DNA of 63,811 nt, filler included, from Intoshia linei (Eukaryota > Animalia > Orthonectida): assembly GCA_001642005.1 (NCBI GenBank). It is 4 parts of 4 records of this genome, joined end to end, with 100 filler letters (N's around TTAATTAATTAA, not from the genome) between each part and the next. Parts side by side here need not be neighbours in the genome. Positions count along the whole stretch, not along the records: positions 28,766 to 57,657 come from LWCA01000397.1; positions 57,758 to 58,806 come from LWCA01002829.1; positions 58,907 to 63,811 come from LWCA01001852.1; 1 more part is not named here. The stretch is one strand, 5' to 3'. Positions 47,307 through 63,811 of this stretch are shown here, one piece after another (the stretch's first letter is position 1; every line of letters begins with the position of its first letter). The notes beneath the pieces are model-generated. The model was not told the origin of the DNA. It made no database searches and saw nothing but the letters and a program-made list of their open reading frames with translations. The position numbers and the translations under genes are program-made.

Positions 47307-50300
47307 TTATGGTCTGTGGTATCTAAACTTGAATTAAATTATTTTTCAAACTTCAACCTCGTCATATATTTACTATTCTCGTGTACATCCATTTCTGTTG
47401 ACTTGTACTCGTTGAGTTCGCGTCTTATCACAGCCTAAATTGGTGTATATATAGAGAAACAAACATTTAACCTTATCGTCGGATGTAAGTCGGGTCCATG
47501 GCTTGTCGGCGGTTCTATCGTAATTATCAATTGAGGTGACTTCAATATATTCGTTAAATTTTATAATTCGTCTAGTTTTAAGTTCAATTACGGATGGACG
47601 ATGACTAAGCTAAAAAATATTTAAACGAGGAGGGCATACGTACTTTTCTAGTTAGCACACGTTTCATAATTTCACGAGATTTTGTTTTATTTTCATCTTG
47701 TATAATGTTCTTTTCTGCTAATTCAAATTGAGTGGGTCTAATACTCAATTTTCTAATTTAAAGTTATATATTGTAATAAATGTAAACCTTTCCAATTTTA
47801 TACCGACAGAAATAAATTGTTCACTGGAAATACTCACTCTATGGTCTAAGCTTCTGGCTATTGCTAGAGATCTTAAGGCAATGCTTGTTTTTTGTATAAT
47901 TGGTGATTGAGAATTTGAATTTACGATTTGTTTTTGGTGGTTGTTTCTAATACTAATTAAGCAATTACAAAAAATAAAATATACATTTTCGTCTTGACCA
48001 CACAAATTTAACATTTTTAAATACCAATTAACACAAATTTGTGTCGTTTGACGTATAAGTTAATATACATGGTTCCTTGTAATATTTCACTTAATTTTTA
48101 AGGTTACAACGAGCAAAAAATAATGTTCATAATAATTGTATATTATTTTAGATAGACAGATCGACCTAGCCACAGAAATGCAGTGTAGTGCAATATTTCC
48201 AAAAATCCGACCGTTTCATAAAAACATCTATTTTAAGTATTTCAAAAATTCTTGAACTTAATCCGTCAGAGGAAAAAAGCGGCTTAGTCATCTTATTTAT
48301 GCGTAAATTAAAATCATGTTTATTTTTATAGGGTAATTTTTCATATTTATTACATATTGGGAATTTAACCCAAAGCCTAGACAACTGCTACATCATTATT
48401 TCAAAAATCACACTTTCATTCTACCATTAATAAAATTTAATGAAAAATACCATTTCAAACCCTCAGGAAAAAATCAAATTTTAGCGATATTTTTTTGATC
48501 AACACGATTTACCAAATCGTATGAGAAATTAATTTTTCCATAAATCTTTTATATTTGATGTCTCCTTTGGGGTCAAAAATAAATATTTTGAAATGGGGTC
48601 CGTACACTATTTGAATCGGGAATCACTGTTATAATCGTATAAAAATTAACATTACTACTAAAAAAATTTATGGATGCTATTAATCACTTTTTTAGTTATG
48701 AATTAATTGAAATAAATCAAATGGTGGGCCTAGCTCATCAAATAAATCATCCTCCCCTGGGAGTCACTTGGCTCACCATTGAAAACCACTGCTTTATACA
48801 ATGAACATTGTTCATTTAATTCAAAATTTTGCTCAAAAATGTTTCTCGTTTTCTCTTAATATACAAAAATTTAGCTTTCGTTCAATTGAATTTTTTTATC
48901 TAAAAAACTGAAAATAAATTTTTTATTAACCGTAACATTTTTATTCGTTATCTTTAAAATTCGTAACAATCCATACACCCAGAGCCAAACCTACCAAACT
49001 CGAAGTCACCCCGAAAATGAAAAATAAACTTTAATAAAGTAAAAAATTTTTCTCAAATGAAAAGTAGTGTCATGCGACCCTAGCCACCTCTATAATACTT
49101 TTGAGCCCAATACTTTTTTTTTAAATGAATTTGGTTCCCATCTCTGTTCTTTGTAAAAATTAAAAAAAAACGTTAAATGTAACGTTATACTCATGAGCTT
49201 GATAATAATATGAGATATTTTGTAAATTATCATTCTATAGTAATTACAATAATGATTAATTGTTTATTCAAAGCGTATAGTAATTCAACCGATCCCAGAA
49301 TTATTTTTAATGACACACATTTATCTTAAACCCTCAAAAATCATAAAATAAATAAAAATAAAGACTGTAAATCAAGCACATTTTATAAGAAACAGAAATT
49401 TTAATTAGACAAAAACTAAAGTGAAATAATTAAAAAATGTCAATACACGTATTTGTATTCAAATTTAGATTAATTAAATCAATCTTAATACTTATTTATC
49501 TGTGATAATAGTTTCACTATTTTTAAATGGTACATCACGATGTAATTAAATCGACGCTATTAATGAAAATCCATTTTACTCTCACATACCTCCTTATGAA
49601 ATTTTATATGCATTTTGACCGTCGCTTTTCAAAAATTATTTCAATAAAATTAAGGTACACTTTTTTCATAATTGGGAACCATCATACAAAATAAATATAA
49701 AGTTTTAATTTTCAAATTTTTTGTTCATAACAATTTCATAATTATTATAATGATCAGTATAGTTCCCAAAAAGATTTGAAAAATAAAAATACATTACAAA
49801 AATGATAAATTAAATTTTGAATTCGTAACGTGTACCAAGAAATCAAAAGAAACTAAATTATATTAAGAATAACGTTAGTTAGCTTTTTATTAAACATGCT
49901 TTGAATGTAACTCCAAAATTAGTGAATACATTCAAAAGATTTGAATCTATTTACATATTGATTTTGTTGACTCTGATAAAAATAACAAAGTTTACAATCA
50001 CATCATGAGTTAATCTAAAATTAAAAATAAACTAATTAACAAAATGTAAGTACGTAAATAAATTAATAGTTTCAATTGAATACTAATAAAACTCATCTGT
50101 AAAGACTGACAGATAAAGATATCCATAATTAAAAATTGCAAAGTGTATTGATTTTTTCATAAGGTGAAAACACATAAAAATAATTTTAAATGCAAGACTT
50201 GAAAAAATAGTGATCTTAATCATATTGATATGCTAAACAAATTAATTTACTCGTGAATTTGACTTTCGTTATCAGACGTAGTAACACTATTTTTATCGTC

Positions 50301-50718
50301 CAAAAGAATATTGATCAAACCATCGACAATTTCGGACTCTACGGAAGAAGATTGATTAAATGAAATATTTGTGTTGTTTTTGTATTTTTCTGTAATATAT
50401 TTATGGTTTTTTGGTGTTTCTACTTTTGTTGGTGATGTAGGAAATTTTTTTATATGGTCCTTATCGAGTCGTGATCCGTTTTCTAATTAAAAATATTAGA
50501 ATTAAATATTATTTCAAACCATCGCTGCTCACAAATGTGATTTTTTTCTTCATGAGTTTGAAAAAATTTGGCATTTTTCTATCCTTTTGATTCACGGTAT
50601 TAGAATTAAATTCATCAACTGGAAAACTGTCTAATCTCTAATCGATATCAAACGAGTATGAATACAAACCTGTTTTTTCACTGAATTTTTTTTCTTTCTT
50701 CAAAAATAATCGCCACAT
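47307..50718 (-). CDS. PHACTR: Phosphatase and actin regulator (Phactr)
   Basis: Spliced C-terminus [94 protein letters not shown]. The putative first exon MWRLFLKKEKKFSEKT resembles the Phactr N-terminal basic motif; the 5' exons are less certain. Confidence 0.88.
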
Positions 50719-51111
50719 TCAACAAAATTATAAGGTATCAATTTCAAAATTTTATATTTTGTAAATTTATGCGTGTCTTCAATCTCATTAAAATTATAAA
50801 TATCTATACGTTGAAGCTTGCATAATGTAAATAGTAATATGAACTTTTTTTATTGTTATTGTTAATAAAAAGTACAATTTGTAATTCAATTACAAAATTT
50901 AATCGATGCCCATTCTGGTATGTAAAATTATGATACAAATAATTAAAATAAAAATAAACAACTATATTTGTTATTTTGCTGCGTCACTAATCATTATAAA
51001 ATTGATATGAATCTTATATTTTCATAGTAAGATTTAATGTAAAACATGCATTAGTATTGATGGAAATGTATAAGGCCTACTTAAAAGTTTTCTTGTATCG
51101 TAATCTATAAT

Positions 51112-57403
<6,292 letters not shown>

Positions 57404-57657
57404 CTAAAATATAAAGTGTATAATATATTTCATGTTATAACAATATAATCAAACACCATTATGATTATTATTGTATTTGAGTGCCCATCAAATGTTAATT
57501 TTAAAGGGTTTAAAACAGTGTTTCTCAACCTGTTTTTGGTATATCTAAATATTATTATATCTGCGGAATTTATCTTGTTAAATCAAAAAGAAAGTACGAT
57601 ATGAACAATAATAATCTCATCAATGCATATGAGCGTAAATTTTTCATTTCCCCAATA

Positions 57658-57757
57658 NNNNNNNNNNNNNNNNNNNNNNNNNNNNNNNNNNNNNNNNNNN
57701 NTTAATTAATTAANNNNNNNNNNNNNNNNNNNNNNNNNNNNNNNNNNNNNNNNNNNN
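57658..57757. other. Assembly gap with TTAATTAATTAA linker
   Basis: N-run, linker, N-run. Confidence 0.97.
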
Positions 57758-58806
57758 CTAATGTACACCGTACATTGACGGTTTACATTTAAAAACATAT
57801 TAATTATCATTTTTATTGTAGTCCGCATGCGACCAGTAAGAATATACGTACACAGGCATTTTTCGGGCTTTAATATTAACATATTTGTAATTGTATTTCG
57901 AGAATGATAGATTTATCCAATATTGACAAGACCTTGACTTGTGAATATTGAAAAGTTTAACATTTGGAAGTTAAAGTTTAATATTAATATTTGGTCTTTT
58001 CCAAACAAAGAAAATACAATTTACTTTCATAGTAATTTTTACTTATCTATAATACTTATTACTTCTTTCTAGTAATTTACGTAATTTGTTTGTAATTGTT
58101 TCAGGGGCGCGAGGTCAATAAGATATGTTATTTCTGGTTTAGATGGATATATTGCTTCTAGCTCAACCGACCCTTCCATAGCATCAATAATTCATCTATA
58201 AATATAATTCCAATAAAATATTATTATTGAAAAAATGTAAAAACTTCAGCAGTAGCATAAAAATTATATCTTTAAAAATCTGACAAAAAATACTGTAAAA
58301 AAATATCCCATAAATTCTTTAAAAAACCTATGATTACGGTAAATTATGCTCTTTTTTTTTTAAAGATAATTTCATAATTGAAATTTTTTATAGTTTTATT
58401 AGATTCCCATTTTTAATTATGTGTTTAAAAAATATTAGTTACCCAAAATAGTTCACTTAATGATTTAAAATATGCAATAATTTTTTGTATAAAATAATAT
58501 TAATATGATATTATTATGGTAACTAGAAGACAAATTTTTCTCTATCTTTCAGAATATACATTTTGCAATTCGGTCTATCATTTAAAAATAAAACCTAACA
58601 GAAATTTTTATATAACTATAAAAATGTTGTCCTGTGTAATATGTGCTTCGGATACTTTCACTAATTTAGATTCAATATTTTTATGAAGGTATAAAAATTG
58701 ATATGTATAATAATTTGACAGCTTTAGGTGCGACTAAAGTGTAAGTGTACTTTCAAGATGAATTATAATTCATTTTTATAATTATACATATTAATATACA
58801 ATAATA

Positions 58807-58906
58807 NNNNNNNNNNNNNNNNNNNNNNNNNNNNNNNNNNNNNNNNNNNNTTAATTAATTAANNNNNNNNNNNNNNNNNNNNNNNNNNNNNNNNNNNNNN
58901 NNNNNN
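58807..58906. other. Assembly gap with TTAATTAATTAA linker
   Basis: N-run, linker, N-run. Confidence 0.97.
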
Positions 58907-59250
58907 TTTAATCTAAATTTATTTTGATACGCTTAGTAATATCCATTTTATAAAAAGCGTAAATAGTAATTCAGATAATATTCATAAATAACTTTAAGTT
59001 CATTGTGAATTATTATTAAAATTTCATTCGGTCCGCGCCTGACCAAACCTTAATATTATGATTTACAAATTTATATATAATACCCTTGAGGTAAATGGGA
59101 AACATTGCCGGTTATACTTTTTCTATAAAAAAAAGTAGGACATTCTAGTACATACACAATAATTTAAATATATTGAAAAATTTTTCATAAGAATTAATTG
59201 AATTAGAGGTAGAATTTCAGTTGGTTGAACGTGGATTAAAACAAAATTAC

Positions 59251-62200
59251 AAAAGAGAATTTAGATGTCAATGATATCAATTGACCAGGAGTTCTTTTGT
59301 AATCATATTCCTCCTTTTTAGATATTGGTGTATTCAAAATATCAAATATATCGACATCTAAGCAGTAAAACATTATTTAAAAAACAAGTACATTTATGTA
59401 TGACAAATTTTAATTGAGAAAATATATAAATTATAACTACGTTTCGTATTCTCATATTATGAGACTCAAACTTGTTTAACATCACTGATTAAATTATAAT
59501 CATTGAATGCGACCTTAGAACTAAAAATTAAATAAATATAGATTACTGTTCGATTCCACTTGAGAAAATCCAAAATCAGTTAATTTCAGAAATCCATCTT
59601 TATTTATAAGCATATTATCAGGCTTTATATCTCTAAGATCAATTATAAAAGTAAATTAGGGTCAGCGAATTAAATTTATCTATTACATAGATATATTTAA
59701 ATACAAATCAAAATAATACCCATGGATAATGTGATGCTGATGCAGATACTCTAAACCCATAACAATCTGTGATGAATAAAACACTGTCATTGCAATGTCA
59801 AACTGTCCAAATACAAGATGTAGAGATTTCAAATCTCCACCAACCATGTACTCCATTATCTAAAAAATAAGTTGTAAAATGAAGCTTAAAAATAATTAAA
59901 CTGTACCAGATAAATATTTGTTTCAGACTGAAAAGAGTAATACAAATGAACAATAAAAGCACTTTTTGATACGGCCATAGCTTTACGTTCCGCAACAACT
60001 AAAGAATAATCATTATTTAACAATTAAAAATTACAGTGATTGATTCCTATACATAAATAATGGTAGAGGGAGAAGTACAAAAAAACAAAGTAAATTAAAT
60101 GTTTGATAACATTTCCCAAATGCCGGTGCGTGAAAAATTTTGACGGGTCAACGAAAAAATATTAACATGTGAAAAAATTTATTTACTAATTTCAAGGCAA
60201 TTTATTACATTTTGTTGATCTACAAAAAAAATTTCAGCGTCTGAAATCCCAACATTCCAGGTCGAAAATAGAATTTTAAAATATGATCAATGATTGATCA
60301 TTAATCAATCAACCGATATACATTTTAAATTCAAAATATTGATCCAACAAATTAAAAAAAAAATTAGGCGTAAAGATATATTTATAACATAAAACTCTAA
60401 ATTTCAGTCTCAGAAACAATTATACGATGCATCTAATTATACAAACAGTTTTTCCAGGCGTTGTCGTGTTATTAACCCTCGAAATGGTAATTAATAATTT
60501 TAAATACAAGTATATTTCGATAAATAAAATAACTATCACCATGTTCAATCATATCTTTATGAATCATGTCACTTTTTTTCATAATTTTAATGGCATAAAG
60601 TAAATTTTCTTCGTTAGGTTTGGGTTTTTTCTTTCTGGATAAATAAACATTTCTAAAAATTAACAAAAAAAATTATAAATTAATGTTTTAAAAACATGAT
60701 TATAAATCAGTGTTTCTTAATCTTTATCCTGCGATATTTTTTAAAAATGGGGAAATGGCGGTTTCCTAATAAGTTTTTACTATAATAGTAAATGTACATC
60801 TATAATTATTAGGATGTCCCAATAACTAAAAGATAAAAAATATATTTCAGTATCTTCATTATTGGAGATTCTAAGAGAGTATCTCGAATATTAGCGCACA
60901 ATTTTGCAATTTAACTGGGCGAGGAAAGTTCACTTTTTTTAGGAAAATTTTATGACTTGTGTTTTTTTAAATAATTACAGTATGCTTGAATATCTGACAT
61001 GTTGTTAAAAAAATCAAAATTGGTTCAGTTGTGTATAAAAAGTATTTTAGTTAAAAAAAATAATAAAATTATGGAAAAATAAACACATGTTAAAAAATTT
61101 TCGATTTTTTAAAAAAAGTGTCTTTTTGGGACACCCTAATATCCTTACTTATATAATATGCTATATGCTATGCAATATTTTTTGTGTGTGTGTATTCCAC
61201 TTTATTGAAATAACTACCAGTCTTATAATTTTATAAAGTCCACATTTCAATTACAGTTTTTTCCGGGACATATAATAAGATAAATTTCAACCTCCAAAAC
61301 TCACATCTTACGGGTCAAAAACCCCAATTGTCATTCTTTTTGAAAATCAAACGAGTTGAAGAATTTAAAAAAATATATACGGTGATAAAAATTTTAAAAT
61401 CATACAGATTAACAAATTTAAATTTAATAAAATTATCTCTTCAGGGCCAAAACCCCAAATTACCCTTCTTTTTTAATGAAAACAGCCATAGCATTTAAAA
61501 AAATTTACAGCTGGTACAGTTGTATCCTGTTAACACTGTAATCACATTAAAAAATTTCAATCAAAATAAGTGACGACTTCACGGTCAAAAAAGCATTTTA
61601 GTATTCATATACTTTTTTTCGAAATATTTTATTAACATTATTGTAAAACAAAAAATATGAAATAATTAACGGTCCGAAAATTAAAAAAAAGAAGATTATT
61701 CTGATAGAGCTATTTCCAGTTGTATATAAATACAAAATGTCAACCCAGAAATCTACAAATTCCCGATGAAAAACAATTTTTAATATATTATCTTTCAATA
61801 TTTTTCACATATTTCGATTAAAATAAAAATTGAAAATGAAATATTGATCCTACAATTTCAAAAAAAATGTGCATTGAACGTCTACACATTTCCAATAAAA
61901 TATAGATTTTCATCTATATAATTGACTCCTTCGGAATTTTTTTCATTGCTACGCAATTTTTAAATCTCAAATTCTCATTTTCAGAACATTTCGTTTAAAA
62001 TTTAAATTAAAACTACAAGAACGATTACTAAAAATAATACAATTTTGTTATTATCATTTTTATATTTATTAGAATCATTTATACTATTGGTAAAATTCAC
62101 CTGAAATATGTTTATAAAGTGCTGATTCCGTCAATTATTGATACATAATTAGTATTTTTATGTATTTATTAAATTGGTACTGACATTGTGAATATATATT

Positions 62201-62581
62201 ATCATATTGAAAATGTAAAATCGGTTTTTATAATTTTAGTTTTTCTGGAATTTATGCTAGTTAAGAATATAAATACAGGCTAATTCCTATTTAACGGAAA
62301 ATTCTAATTAACAGACTGTTAATTTTTCAGAAGTACCAAATTTCATTTTTTATTTTGGGTTTGGACTAGGAAGTTATTGCTCATAAGATTTGGTAAAATC
62401 GTGTTTTTCAAAAAAATATTGGCAAAAAAGTATAGTGCTCTTAACGGTTAGTAAAATTGGATTTTTATTTTGTAGTTTGATTAATGGATTTTTTTCATAA
62501 TATAATATAAAAATAATAAGTATACCCAAATGATCCACGACTTATTTTCTTTAAAATACAAAAATCATCGATTGAAGATAA
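59251..62581 (-). CDS. MASTL: Greatwall/MASTL kinase, N-terminal kinase lobe to the start of the non-conserved middle region (start exon and 3' part not found)
   Basis: [91 protein letters not shown], and the Greatwall-specific segment [22 protein letters not shown]. Confidence 0.9.
60788..61140. mobile_element. TIR MITE (ATTAGG(A/G)TGTCCCA termini)
   Basis: ATTAGGATGTCCCAA ... TTGGGACACCCTAAT. Confidence 0.55.
61142..62120 (+). mobile_element. Helitron-family long copy in a Greatwall intron
   Basis: a|TCCTTACTTATATAA 5' terminus; the body is collinear with other copies (38800-39270 rc, 34700-34950, 44060-44260). Confidence 0.7.
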
Positions 62582-63512
62582 CTAAAAATAATTCAATTTA
62601 AATTTTTTAATTGTGAATAAATGAATAAAATTTTAAATAAAATATTTTAATAAATATAACAAGATTCTAATAATATACATAATGTATATATGAATATTGT
62701 AAAATGAAAATGGCACAATATCAATATTTTATAAGTTTAATTAAAATAATAAGATGAATGCTCTTTAAAAAAACACTAAACATTTTACAGGAATATACTT
62801 TAATAAAATATGAAATAATCAATTGATTTAAGGTAAAGCGGTGACTTATTGTGGTTCGCCATTGTGGGAATATGTTACATTATGTAACATCACTAGTGAT
62901 GAATTTTAATTTTTAATATTACTATTTGTTGAAAATTGGGTAATAAATTGGCACATATATACATTTAAAATTAATAAATTTCATCTAAATGTATAGATCG
63001 AAGAGAGAATTTTGAAATTTTTGTCATAATATTTGATTGAAAAATGGGAGTTGATACATTATATTAATCGAAAGTAACTAAACCCAAATGTAATATACAC
63101 ACTAAATTACATATAGAAGCATACACTTAAAGATTGTCGTCTCATATTGACTGTATATTTGATATTTCTTGAGTAATAAGACACATTAATTGATCAAAAT
63201 AATCCTCGAATTCAAAATGCGCCAAAAACGAGTTTAACAAATAAATTTACTTTTAGATTGATTATTCTATTTCTCTGTATCTATGATAAATATGCAACAT
63301 AATTATTCTTTTACATTCTTATATATTCAGATTTCCAATTCATATTGTCACTTTTCAAAAAGACATTATTGTATTTTTAATAATAGATTATTTTTGAAGG
63401 GTTTATATGGTCATGTTCAGGCAAACGTTATAATTTTGACTATTTTTACGATATTTTAAAGTAGTTTTTGATTATTTTTGGCATGTATAGATTTTAGTTT
63501 TAACTAACATAC

Positions 63513-63811
63513 ATTAGAGTGTCCCACTTTTTTTTATAGAAAAAGTATAACCCCGGCAATGTTTCCCATTTACCTCAAGGGTATTATATATAAATTTGTA
63601 AATCATAATATTAAGGTTACTAATTACTAAATGTCTTGAAGTTATTTAATATTAATGATCAAATATCAATGGTGATTTGCGACAGAAGAAACTCAACACC
63701 GGTATTCATCAGGGTGTAATAACTTATTTGAAACAGATTTTGACAGAGTTTACATACGAAGGTTGTCGGTTTCATATATTAGACCTTATACTTTAACATG
63801 TTTTTTATACT
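63513..63811 (+). mobile_element. End of a DNA transposon with a decayed transposase fragment (Sola2-like)
   Basis: Terminus ATTAGAGTGTCCCAC. A frameshifted peptide, ISMVICD../NTGIHQGVITYL..YEGCRFHILDLIL*HV, resembles the DTTxxNTG...CxHHILD/E motif. Confidence 0.5.

Noticed and set aside
59440-59520. Possible extra Greatwall exon
   Set aside because: It hits a stop in the required phase. Direct splicing to 59357 restores the conserved DILNTP..RTPGQ segment.

Overview
Very AT-rich, gene-dense eukaryotic genomic scaffold with spliceosomal GT-AG introns. Introns are bimodal: mostly ~30-60 nt, plus a few 0.7-3 kb introns filled with transposon debris. The gene content (R3 receptor PTP, novel PKC, Phactr, triple-SAM liprin/kazrin protein) is metazoan, and the proteins are fast-evolving. 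This fits a reduced parasite such as an orthonectid, but that is inference only. By manual splicing I find, left to right: an OSBPL9/ORP9-like gene (-, runs off the left edge, no PH domain), head-to-head with POP1 (+); a liprin-beta/kazrin-like SAM gene (-); BRWD/PHIP (+); an FKBP-like/TPR gene (+); a PTP10D/R3-type receptor PTP (+, truncated at a gap); PKC epsilon/eta (+); USP4/11/15 (+), tail-to-tail with Phactr (-); ALDH1/2 (-, 5' end missing at a gap); and Greatwall/MASTL (-, partial). The long introns hold a multi-copy non-autonomous Helitron-like family, piggyBac-, hAT- and Tc1/pogo-type MITEs, and Merlin, Tc1/IS630, hAT, Chapaev-like and Sola-like transposase relics, often nested. Three 100-nt N gaps carry an artificial TTAATTAATTAA linker. 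I found no rRNA, tRNA or CRISPR array, and no clearly novel multi-gene system. The best leads are an HGD (non-RD) Greatwall kinase, the PH-less ORP9 with a 12-nt microexon, the Helitron family and nested transposons. All homology calls come from recalled motifs, not database searches.
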